The notes beneath the pieces are model-generated. The model saw only the letters and a list, made by a program, of their open reading frames with translations. It was not told the origin of the DNA and ran no database searches. The position numbers were made by a program, and so were the translations under genes. From contig OZ024740.1 in the NCBI GenBank assembly GCA_964016885.1, positions 171,864,001-171,928,000 on the forward strand: a DNA stretch of 64,000 bases. Reading direction: 5' to 3'. The DNA is from Eledone cirrhosa (Eukaryota). Below, in pieces: positions 40,154 through 55,338 of the stretch; positions within the stretch are counted from its first letter, which is position 1, and each line of letters begins with the position of its first letter.

Positions 40154-43100
40154 TATAGACATAGAATATTCGAAAATATTCTGTATGTTTATAATAAACA
40201 TTTTGAAGACCTAATCGCTATAGAATAGAATACGTCACGTATTACAATTAGATTCTCGATAAAAGCAAGGGAAGTAATCTACGCGTTTCATTCTCGTTAG
40301 AAATCATCAGGACTACATATCCAGTGCTTTTATCGAGAATGACACAGCTAGAGACTTATAGAATACTTAGCTGTGTACAGGAACTGGTTTGAAAGAGCGG
40401 TTGCCGGTCCGGCAGAAATTAGAAATTGGAATAAATGCTCTGAAATAGCGATGTATATGTGAATATAGACATAGAATATTCGAAAATATTCTGTATGTTT
40501 ATAATAAACATTTTGAAGACCTAATCGCTATAGAATAGAATACGTCACGTATTACAATTAGATTCTCGATAAAAGCAAGGGAAGTAATCTACGCGTTTCA
40601 TTCTCGTTAGAAATCATCAGGACTACATATCCAGTGCTTTTATCGAGAATGACACAGCTAGAGACTTATAGAATACTTAGCTGTGTACAGGAACTGGTTT
40701 GAAAGAGCGGTTGCCGGTCCGGCAGAAATTAGAAATTGGAATAAATGCTCTGAAATAGCGATGTATATGTGAATATAGCGATTAGGTCTTCAAAATGTTT
40801 ATTATAAACATACAGAATATTTTCGAATATTCTATGTCTATATTCACATATACATCGCTATTTCAGAGCATTTATTCCAATTTCTAATTTCTGCCGGACC
40901 GGCAACCGCTCTTTCAAACCAGTTCCTGTACACAGCTAAGTATTCTATAAGTCTCTAGCTGTGTCATTCTCGATAAAAGCACTGGATATGTAGTCCTGAT
41001 GATTTCTAACGAGAATGAAACGCGTAGATTACTTCCCTTGCTTTTATCGAGAATCTAATTGTAATACGTGACGTATTCTATTCTATAGCGATTAGGTCTT
41101 CAAAATGTTTATTATAAACATACAGAATATTTTCGAATATTCTATGTCTATATTCACATATACATCGCTATTTCAGAGCATTTATTCCAATTTCTAATTT
41201 CTGCCGGACCGGCAACCGCTCTTTCAAACCAGTTCCTGTACACAGCTAAGTATTCTATAAGTCTCTAGCTGTGTCATTCTCGATAAAAGCACTGGATATG
41301 TAGTCCTGATGATTTCTAACGAGAATGAAACGCGTAGATTACTTCCCTTGCTTTTATCGAGAATCTAATTGTAATACGTGACGTATTCTATTCTATAGCG
41401 ATTAGGTCTTCAAAATGTTTATTATAAACATACAGAATATTTTCGAATATTCTATGTCTATATTCACATATACATCGCTATTTCAGAGCATTTATTCCAA
41501 TTTCTAATTTCTGCCGGACCGGCAACCGCTCTTTCAAACCAGTTCCTGTACACAGCTAAGTATTCTATAAGTCTCTAGCTGTGTCATTCTCGATAAAAGC
41601 ACTGGATATGTAGTCCTGATGATTTCTAACGAGAATGAAACGCGTAGATTACTTCCCTTGCTTTTATCGAGAATCTAATTGTAATACGTGACGTATTCTA
41701 TTCTATAGCGACTAGGTCTTCAAAATGTTTATTATAAACATACAGAATATTTTCGAATATTCTATGTCTATATTCACATATACATCGCTATTTCAGAGCA
41801 TTTATTCCAATTTCTAATTTCTGCCGGACCGGCAACCGCTCTTTCAAACCAGTTCCTGTACACAGCTAAGTATTCTATAAGTCTCTAGCTGTGTCATTCT
41901 CGATAAAAGCACTGGATATGTAGTCCTGATGATTTCTAACGAGAATGAAACGCGTAGATTACTTCCCTTGCTTTTATCGAGAATCTAATTGTAATACGTG
42001 ACGTATTCTATTCTATAGCGATTAGGTCTTCAAAATGTTTATTATAAACATACAGAATATTTTCGAATATTCTATGTCTATATTCACATATACATCGCTA
42101 TTTCAGAGCATTTATTCCAATTTCTAATTTCTGCCGGACCGGCAACCGCTCTTTCAAACCAGTTCCTGTACACAGCTAAGTATTCTATAAGTCTCTAGCT
42201 GTGTCATTCTCGATAAAAGCACTGGATATGTAGTCCTGATGATTTCTAACGAGAATGAAACGCGTAGATTACTTCCCTTGCTTTTATCGAGAATCTAATT
42301 GTAATACGTGACGTATTCTATTCTATAGCGATTAGGTCTTCAAAATGTTTATTATAAACATACAGAATATTTTCGAATATTCTATGTCTATATTCACATA
42401 TACATCGCTATTTCAGAGCATTTATTCCAATTTCTAATTTCTGCCGGACCGGCAACCGCTCTTTCAAACCAGTTCCTGTACACAGCTAAGTATTCTATAA
42501 GTCTCTAGCTGTGTCATTCTCGATAAAAGCACTGGATATGTAGTCCTGATGATTTCTAACGAGAATGAAACGCGTAGATTACTTCCCTTGCTTTTATCGA
42601 GAATCTAATTGTAATACGTGACGTATTCTATTCTATAGCGATTAGGTCTTCAAAATGTTTATTATAAACATACAGAATATTTTCGAATATTCTATGTCTA
42701 TATTCACATATACATCGCTATTTCAGAGCATTTATTCCAATTTCTAATTTCTGCCGGACCGGCAACCGCTCTTTCAAACCAGTTCCTGTACACAGCTAAG
42801 TATTCTATAAGTCTCTAGCTGTGTCATTCTCGATAAAAGCACTGGATATGTAGTCCTGATGATTTCTAACGAGAATGAAACGCGTAGATTACTTCCCTTG
42901 CTTTTATCGAGAATCTAATTGTAATACGTGACGTATTCTATTCTATAGCGATTAGGTCTTCAAAATGTTTATTATAAACATACAGAATATTTTCGAATAT
43001 TCTATGTCTATATTCACATATACATCGCTATTTCAGAGCATTTATTCCAATTTCTAATTTCTGCCGGACCGGCAACCGCTCTTTCAAACCAGTTCCTGTA

Positions 43101-43669
43101 CACAGCTAAGTATTCTATAAGTCTCTAGCTGTGTCATTCTCGATAAAAGCACTGGATATGTAGTCCTGATGATTTCTAACGAGAATGAAACGCGTAGATT
43201 ACTTCCCTTGCTTTTATCGAGAATCTAATTGTAATACGTGACGTATTCTATTCTATAGCGATTAGGTCTTCAAAATGTTTATTATAAACATACAGAATAT
43301 TTTCGAATATTCTATGTCTATATTCACATATACATCGCTATTTCAGAGCATTTATTCCAATTTCTAATTTCTGCCGGACCGGCAACCGCTCTTTCAAACC
43401 AGTTCCTGTACACAGCTAAGTATTCTATAAGTCTCTAGCTGTGTCATTCTCGATAAAAGCACTGGATATGTAGTCCTGATGATTTCTAACGAGAATGAAA
43501 CGCGTAGATTACTTCCCTTGCTTTTATCGAGAATCTAATTGTAATACGTGACGTATTCTATTCTATAGCGATTAGGTCTTCAAAATGTTTATTATAAACA
43601 TACAGAATATTTTCGAATATTCTATGTCTATATTCACATATACATCGCTATTTCAGAGCATTTATTCCA

Positions 43670-43672
<3 letters not shown>
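40151..43672 (+). mobile_element. Retrozyme-like tandem array: 310-bp unit with one type I hammerhead ribozyme per unit (2 inverted copies at 40151-40778, ~9.3 + copies at 40774-43672), flanked by (TA)n
   Basis: The motif gtagtcCTGATGAtttctaacgagaatGAAAcgcgTAgattac starts at 40990, 41300, 41610, 41920, 42230, 42540, 42850, 43160 and 43470 (period 310). Its reverse complement lies at 40274-40316 and 40584-40626. Units are near-identical and have no ORF. Confidence 0.88.
40990..41032 (+). ncRNA. Type I hammerhead ribozyme (first + copy of the array)
   Basis: Stem I gtagtc/gattac; core CTGATGA; stem II ttct-aacg-agaa; GAAA; palindromic stem III ACGCGT; predicted cleavage after GUA at 41026. Stem I is extended by a perfect 16-bp helix attctcgataaaagca (40966-40981)/tgcttttatcgagaat (41039-41054). 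Confidence 0.88.
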
Positions 43673-43705
<33 letters not shown>

Positions 43706-43749
43706 TTATCGAGCCCTCTTTGGATTTTAGTCTTCAAATTTATTATTAT

Positions 43750-43819
<70 letters not shown>

Positions 43820-44293
43820 GTGCGGGCGACCATTTATAACTATCCTGTTGTGATGCCTGCTGCCATCACAACAGGATGGTTATACATGGCCAGCACCATG
43901 TTGCAATGATTACATAATTCCCTCTATAATTGCGTACGAATCTGATGAAGTCACATGCATGGCCATGTATATATATAGGTATTTGTGGTGAAAATTAAAT
44001 GCTTCCGTAGGTGGTATGCCAAGAGGAGCACTCGATGCTCGTTAGGAGCAGAGTATCAATAATAATAATATATAAGGGAACAAAGAATCATTGTTGCATT
44101 ATATACACATTTAATTACATATTACATATGTTTCATTGTCGATCATCTCGAGGAACGATCAATTAATGATCGATCCTGCCTCTGGAACCGGAAGGTCCTC
44201 AGATATGTGTTCTTCAAGCTGATCGACAGAGAAACATATAATATGCAACTAAATATGTATATGATGCAACACTGATTCTTTGTTCCTTAATAT

Positions 44294-44341
<48 letters not shown>

Positions 44342-44383
44342 TGTGTATATATATATACATATATATGTATACATATATATATA

Positions 44384-45270
44384 CGAGGTGTGTCTGAAAA
44401 GTTCCAGGACTGATGTCACAAAAGATTTATTTCAAACCCAAACTTTACACTAAGAGTTTTCTCCTTCAAAATAATCCCCCTGGAGTCTAATGCACTTTTC
44501 CATTCTTTTCTGCCACGCTTGCATGCACTCCTGGAAAGATTCTTCCGGGATCCTCCGCAGTTCCGTCGTCACGGCCTTTTTGATATCGTCCACGTCTTCA
44601 AAAGGGTCCCCTCCGGGTCGTACTCCAAGATCCATGACTCATCACCGGTGATGACTGTCCCTAGCAAGTCTGGTTCGGTTTCAAGACACTCGAGGATGTC
44701 CTGGCACACTTGCATGCGTCAACCCTTCTGGTCATCGTTCAGGAGTTTTGGCATCATCTTCGCGCAGATTTTCCGCATGTCCAAATCTTCAGTGAGAATC
44801 TTCCAGACGCTGTCCCAATTCATGCCTAGCTCATTTGGCATCAGTCGAACAGTCAGCCGACGATCGCTACGCACCATCTGACTGACGCGCTCAACATTGA
44901 CCTCAGTCCTGGTTGTTGAAGGCCTTCGGCTCCTGGGTCATCTTTCACCACTCAAAAACACGTGAGCGTGACATCGTCTCATCTCCATACACTTGCTGCA
45001 GCAATCCCAGTGCTTCTGACGGAGTTTTCCCCAACCCTACCAGAAACTTCAAGTTTGTTCGTTGTTCTGTGCTCATTGCTTGACGACCTGAAACAGAGGA
45101 CATGTATATAAAATTATGAAGAAAAAAGTTTGATCGCTGCAGAGAGAGCTAAGATTACAGTTACATACTCCAGGGGGATTATTTTGAAGGAGGAAAACTC
45201 TTAGTGTGAAGTTTGGGTTTGAAATAAATCTTTTGTGACATCAGTCCTGGAACTTTTCTGACACACCTCG
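44384..45270 (-). mobile_element. Internally deleted mariner element with ~105-bp TIRs and TA target-site duplication
   Basis: TA-cgaggtgtgtc...gacacacctcg-TA. Minus-strand remnants MSTEQRTNLKFLVGLGKTPSEALGLLQQVYG, VITGDESWI and WQKRMEKCIRLQGDYFEG. Confidence 0.9.
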
Positions 45271-45503
45271 TATATATATATATTCTGGAAGTTTAAGGTG
45301 AAGGTGCTGTAGGTTGACCCAGGTAAGGTGTAGAGCTAGACAAAGTGTGATATAATAATACAAGGACGAATTGTTAAGCCTTCATTACATTTAATGATTG
45401 GTAACGCGCGTTTCGCTATTGATGAGCTCAAGGTTAGATCTGTATCGATCTGGCCCGACTCTGGAATCAAAAGCTCGTCGGATCTCTACATTACTACAAC
45501 AGG

Positions 45504-45588
45504 GGTCTGACGAGCTTTTGATTCCAGAGTCGGGCCAGATCGATACAGATCGAACCTTGAGCTCATCAATAGCGAAACGCGCGTTACC
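45504..45588 (+). ncRNA. Type I hammerhead ribozyme with extended stem II (mirror copy in the left arm)
   Basis: ggt-CTGACGA-gcttttgat...atcaatagc-GAAA-cgcgcg-TT-acc; stem III palindrome ACGCGCGT. Confidence 0.75.
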
Positions 45589-45631
45589 AATCAATAAATG
45601 TAATGAAGGCTTAAAAAATCGTCCTTGTATC

Positions 45632-45686
<55 letters not shown>

Positions 45687-45739
45687 GTGTGTGTGTGTGT
45701 GCGTGTGTGTGTAAATATGTATGTATATGCGTGTGTATG

Positions 45740-45804
<65 letters not shown>

Positions 45805-45831
45805 AAATATGTATGTATATGCGTGTGTATG

Positions 45832-45869
<38 letters not shown>

Positions 45870-46008
45870 GGTGTGTAAGTATGTATGTATATGGGTAGAA
45901 GGATACGGGCGTGCCAACAGGAATGCTAAAAGTACCTCTGTTTACTTAAGTGCACTAAATAAATGAAGTCCCTGCTACTTTATTGAGCGACTATAAAATT
46001 AATGATTA

Positions 46009-47142
46009 CACTGGGGTGACACAGCTTTTCGTGATTTCGATGTTAGGTCTCTTTCTTGGTATATTGCGGCCACTGATTCTAAAGATGACATCAGTTATTC
46101 TCTATCAGCTCTGTTTATCGCGATATGATATAGAACTATATATGTTTATATATAATCTATATAATAGTTTATAATTGCTGACAGACTTTCGTTTCCATAT
46201 GAAATGTATGATGAATGTCAATATCAAACAAGCATAAGCTACGAAAACTCTTTATTAAAATCAAACAAGCTTGAGAAACTAACGACAAAAAAAGACGTTT
46301 ATTTTTTCATTGAAACATCTCAGATAAACCAAGTTTTGGGGATTTCTTGCGATTAGATTTGCCTGGACATTCACGTGAAGTGCTCCAGAAATAATCCGCC
46401 ATCATGTGTATTCCATCATCTGCTGTACTGTTTTTCTATGGTCATTAGTTCTATGGTCCTTAGTTCTTGATGAAATCGTTCACCCTGTTCTTCACTTAGA
46501 TCACTGAGGTAATCTGGAAATTGGTCCAAAAGATTGTAGAGATAATGCGGTTTGATGTTCATTTTACAGCCAAATTTACAAAAAGAAGAGCGCTTATAGT
46601 TGCCAAAGAAATCCTTCACAACCATATTAAATGATAAGAATTCCACGTAAATATCCAGTTAAATCTTATCGCGGTTCTTTCTGAATCAGTGTTCATCTTT
46701 AGCTCTACTGTTCCAGAGTTATATAAAGCATGGATATTTAGTGTACTTTCACTGATGGCCCATGAGAAAATGCGCTCTATTCAGATTCACACAGATCACC
46801 CGTTGGTGGTCTCAATATAATACATTTTCTAAGACTAGAGCGAATGCCCCATGCTCTTTACTTATACCAACTGAGTAACCAATTAAGATTGATCTGTATC
46901 TGGTACCATTAGGTAGATGAACACATTTTAAGCGAAAATTTAATTATATAGATATATTTAGATTTACTAGCAACTCATAATACCATTCCAAAGAGTTAAT
47001 AAAATAGGTAAGGACGTATGAAATATCTAATTTAAAAAAATAGAGCTGCTAAACTAAATGAATGGTAATTTTTTAATCAGTGGCATGCACATATCTAAAA
47101 CCTAAAATCTCAGACACCAAGAAAAAAACTTGTTCTCTTGTG
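46009..47142 (-). mobile_element. Chapaev3-like (CMC) DNA transposon deletion derivative
   Basis: Termini cactgggg... and ...cttgttctcttgtg. Remnants LKCVHLPNG, HQRVICVNL, KMNIKPHYL...FPDYLSDLSEEQGERFHQELRTIE and HMMADYFW resemble this transposase family as recalled. Confidence 0.65.
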
Positions 47143-47579
47143 TTTATAGTGACTGCTTATTTCGAGGTTTCACCGATACTGGCTTCTTGATATTGGCGAA
47201 ACTGTGGTAAACAATGATTATTCAAAATATATAATGCAGTACAGGGCCGTGGCACTTCGCCTACTTTTTAAATGTCCACCCATAAATTTAGAATATAGAG
47301 TTTATGAAAAAAAGTCTTGAAATACGCTCCCTGTGAAAGAGTGCCTACCTAGAATATTGTGAAGACCCCGCCCTCGAACGCCAAAGACTGGCAAGGAATA
47401 TGGTGTAGTGTATATTATACACACACACATATATATATATATATTATATACATATACATGTACACATATACATGTATATATATACATGTAGATAAATATA
47501 TATATATATGTGCGTGTGTATGTGTGTGTACATATATATTTGTATGTATGTATGTATGTATGTATGTATGTATATATGT

Positions 47580-48137
47580 CTCATGGTCGGGTCGTTGGCG
47601 ACTAAACTGGCAACCCCACCAAGTTTTCTTGGTGAGGAGGGTGACTTTTGACATCCTGCAGGACTAAAAACAAAACCTGTCAAAGGGCAAAGGAGCTCTT
47701 AAGAGTCAATGGCCATCCAAAATCACTGGGAGAGATGACCCCTTAACCTTTGTCAAGGCAGAATTCTAGGAGAAGGAAAACTCTGATATAACACCTGCAA
47801 CCCTGATGGTATCCAATGATCTTAACTTGTTCTTCTTTTTGGTAAATATCATCTTGGTTAAGAGAGTGGGACTGGCTTTGTGCAGTGCCTTTGCTCAATA
47901 TAAAAGCTTCACAGCACAGGCATTGCTTTATATCTGGAGATCTCTCTGCACTTGTCGTCACATGGTACCAAAGGTAAAGCACTATGTGTCAATATTTGTC
48001 ACAAGTGTAGTGTTTGTACCAGAGTTTTCAAGTCGCTGGCTGGACTAAAAAGTCACACTCGTTCAGCGCATCGATAGGGGTTCTCCTACATGGATATAAA
48101 GTAGTGGCCGTACTCGAAAACGAGTTGGCAGCCACCA
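47580..48137 (+). mobile_element. ~550-bp non-coding dispersed repeat (near-identical inverse copy at 24685-25138; diverged relatives at 6690-7156, 11008-11070, 13440-13790, 28308-28520, 34255-34610)
   Basis: Shared ends cgactaaactggcaaccccacc and cgagttg(g)cagcca(c/t)cat next to (TA)n/(TACA)n. Confidence 0.8.
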
Positions 48138-48706
48138 TATATGTATGTATACTTCTATTTATATGTATATATTTAGAAACCATTAATGACTATTATTGAT
48201 AATTCAGATATTAACGAACAAATGAAGTACTAACATACTAAATTACTACTTAAGACCGGACAACCAAATAATACATATTATACAATTATGAAGAAGGGCG
48301 TGTTGACATTTTGATATACTTTAAAGTAGTCACACTTTGTGGCTGGATATTTTTTTGATTCTCACTGTGCTACGTTCAAATGTACTTATCTAGTTATTAA
48401 CATATTAAAACACTTGTTATAGCACTTAATACCGTCGTTCGGACGGACGATGTCCTAGAGAATGTCTCTACATGGAACGAGTAGCTGATGACAACTAACT
48501 TATGTGGCGGGTATGATAATGCAACTTTTGTGTTGTCAGTGGTGTAAAAGTCACATACAAATATACATTACATTACATATATATACACACATGAATATAC
48601 GCACACGCTAAAACGCATATACAAACACGTACACACACACACACATATATATATATATGTGTATATTTATGTGTGTGTGTATATATATATATACACACAC
48701 ACACTC

Positions 48707-52012
<3,306 letters not shown>

Positions 52013-52266
52013 TTATATTATATATATTCATTAAAACAGACACCAAACACAATTAATACATTAAATGCTGATTTACGACCGTTCCATCACCTTCTGGGAC
52101 TTTTCAAAACCAGTTACTTAATAATAAATCCTCACCAAATAAATCAACAGCCAACAGTTACAGAAAATGTTTACATTTAAACAAAAAAAATTGTGTAAAC
52201 ATTCTCTGTAACTGCTGGCTGTTGATTTCTTTGGTGAGATTATAATGAGGATTTATTATCAAATAA

Positions 52267-52313
52267 CTGGTTTTGAAAAATCCCAGGAAGGGGATGAAAG
52301 GTTCGTAAATCAG
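52267..52313 (+). ncRNA. Hammerhead ribozyme with U3-A8 core inside fold-back element 52028-52541
   Basis: ctggtt-TTGAAAA-atccc aggaag gggat-GAAA-ggttcg-TA-aatcag. The inverted arm (~52069-52115) reads ctggtt-TTGAAAA-gtcccagaaggtgat-GGAA-cggtcg-TA-aatcag. Confidence 0.65.
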
Positions 52314-52538
52314 CATTTAATGTATTGATTTTATTTGGTGTCTATTTTAATGAATAATTTGCTTCTAGTGTAATTGTTATTTTTAACACAATAGGATTTT
52401 GTATACATGTCTTTTTGGAAAATTCTTTCAAAGGGGTATGATACATTGTATTGTATTGCTATTGTATTGCTTTTATAATAAATTACTCTATTTTGAGGTG
52501 TGTTTAACTTCTCCACCTATCTTTATAATTTTAACATT

Positions 52539-52603
<65 letters not shown>

Positions 52604-52604
<1 letters not shown>

Positions 52605-53020
52605 TAGCAGAGGTACCTGCGTTGCTCGGGTATTAAATAGCAGTTATGTATACCATTTATGTCAATACTTCAGTGCTACTTCGAAAATTATACTTTTACA
52701 AAGTCATCGGCTTTTTCCAAAAGGGGGTTCCTGCCCCCAGGAGTCCCCTACTCAATATGTGCCACTTCTGAGAGTTCACATTCATCTGTAGGACAAAGTT
52801 TTGTGAAAATCGGTTGCGAACTCCAGAAGTTATGACGTTTTGTTGCATTGCACTGCAGTGCTTCAGTCGACTCCAAGAAAGTGGTTAAAGGGGGTTATCT
52901 GCCGGGAGGTCCTATAATCAATATCTGGAGAAATGAAAGTGCCCATGACCATCCGGAGTACATAAGTAACCTATGTCTTAAGTTTGGTGAAAATACTGTA
53001 GAAATGCATAAGGTTTATAC
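52604..53020 (-). mobile_element. Non-autonomous Helitron-like element related to 7177
   Basis: Terminus actagcagaggtacctgcgttgctcgggta resembles actagctgaggtacccgg...cggg: hairpin plus CTAG on -. Confidence 0.55.
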
Positions 53021-53249
53021 ATACGCGTGCGTGCGTGCGTGTGTGCGTGCGTGTGTGTGTGTTTGTGGCTGTGTATGTATTTGTGTGCGCGTATGTATGT
53101 GTATGTCCGTCGGGACATATGTATGTACTGGCCTAAATCTTCACTATTTACTTTTACTATTTTAATAACCTCTGTCATTTTCGTTTTCAATTTTATTTAC
53201 ATCATTCTTAAACTCCGGGGCTGGAAATCATTCTGTTATTTTAAATAGA

Positions 53250-55292
53250 ATATTAGTCTAACGACTCCATTTATAACATAAACTTGGTCTTGTCTTTGCA
53301 TGAAATTGTTCTTCTCGCTCCACATAACGACGTATTATCCTCGCTTTTTTCCCGTTCATTGCCAGGGAACGTCTTCACGAACCAAAATATCGTCTTCCTG
53401 TTTTCGTTCGGTTGCAACGTTTCTCGAAATATTTACTTCTGCGTTCACAGATTACTCTCAGTTCAATTTGAATGGCAAATTCCTGTTTCATCGATTTTCT
53501 CGATAACCATGGAAGCTTGTAGCTTGAAAGTCGAGGCAACGCCTCCTCGGGTCATTTTGCATAACTGTGTAAATTTTCGCTACACCTACTTAAATATACA
53601 ACGTCCGACCCCTTCCAATTTATATAGTATATATATATATATATATATATAAGAGAGTATTGAAGTTTGCTTGAAGCATTGTGGAACAATAAGTAAATAT
53701 TTATAAGTCGTTTGGAAGCCTCGACAATGCAAATGGGTAAATCTCCGGGTAACAAGGTCCGGTGGTGGAGAGAGAGATATGTAAGTGGGTGTACGTTGAG
53801 ATGCGTGGTGTGTATAAGATGTGTGAGATGTGTAGAATGAAGGGAAGAGTAAAAGAATAAAAATAATAATAACAACACAAGAGAGAGAGTTACCTTGGGA
53901 GAGATTTAATAGTCCCTATATATTTCGGATTCACATCCATCAACTGGGGTTTTTTCCGGGGTGGGGGAAAAGGTTGTCTGTCGGAAAACTCGGAACGCGT
54001 CTTTCGCTGTTTGTTGATTAGAATATTCTAATTGAACTCACAATCTTTCGATTGCAAGCCCATATATATATAAACGTTTCTTTGAGGCTTTCCCGTCTAT
54101 CTACTAACGAGCATATTTTCAAGGACCATTCCACATATTACAATGAAGCTCTTGCTCGGAGTAGATTTGTCGATAAGGTAGCATATACAGAGTACGAGAA
54201 TAGACCTAGAAGAAATAGATCCGGACGCATTATATGGTATAACCCACCATATAATATGGAGGTGGCCACAGCATTAGCTAAGATCTTTCTCTCCCTTATT
54301 ATGAAACATTTTCCCCCTACACATAAATATAATAACATTTTTAATAGAAATACTATTAAAATTTCTTACTCTACGACTCCTAACCTTGCACATAACATCA
54401 CAGCTTCAAATTTAGCTAAACTACCTAGCCGTAGGAACACGTGTAACCCTGTAGTTAGTACTAACTGTAATTTTAGGAATCGGGTTTACTGCCCCCTATC
54501 CGGGAAATGTCTCTCTAGTAATATTGTCTACAAATGTAAGGTTGAAACACCCACGTCCCGTAGGGCCTACATAGAGTTAACCGCCAATAGATTCAAGCAG
54601 CGTCTTTACATGCATACCCATTCTTTTCGTTACCCTTTAAGAAGTAATATGAGGTCACTTTCAGCTTATATCTGGAGTCTAAAAGACAACCACACCCAAT
54701 ATAAGTTACACTGGGAGATCCTAGCTGGGGCTAGATCGTATAACGGAAATAAAAGTCCATGTGACTTCTGCGCCGCTGATGCCCTGGAAATACTCTACGC
54801 CAAAGACCACATCTTAAACAAAAAATCTGAGGCAATTTCGGCTTGTAAACGTAAATTGCACAAAACTTTCCTGTATTACAGCCCCACATTTTACTCTAAC
54901 AGATAGTACGAACTATACGCGGATATTTTACGTCTTGATGTGGTGGCTAAGTATATGTTATGTTTATACCATTACTTATTTGTATAGGTAAGTATATATT
55001 ACCTGTATGTTTTGTGAAGGTACGTATACTTTCTCGTACGTATATTTGATTGTATATGTTATGGCGTATATATTATATATTCTAGTACATATGCTTTTGG
55101 TTATGTGTATACGTGAGTTTTGCGTCTGTGTGAGTATGCGGGTTCGTATGTATGTAGGGTGTGTGTATATGTGTACTTTGTGTTTTGGTTGACGTATGTC
55201 TCCGAATATATCTGTATTTAGATGTCGGTATGTGTGTGCGCTTGTTATATACATATTTATTTATTTATATACGTTTATTTAATTATATGTAT

Positions 55293-55338
<46 letters not shown>

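Noticed and set aside
40151-43672. CRISPR array or ordinary satellite
   Set aside because: There are no unique spacers and the context is eukaryotic. The HHR in every unit, the inversion and the (TA)n junctions favour a retroposed RNA.
53915-53950. Hammerhead-like remnants on - at 53915-53950, 39553-39590 and 56374-56410, and on + at 55955-55990
   Set aside because: GAAA and partial stems are present, but the cores are too mutated to call.
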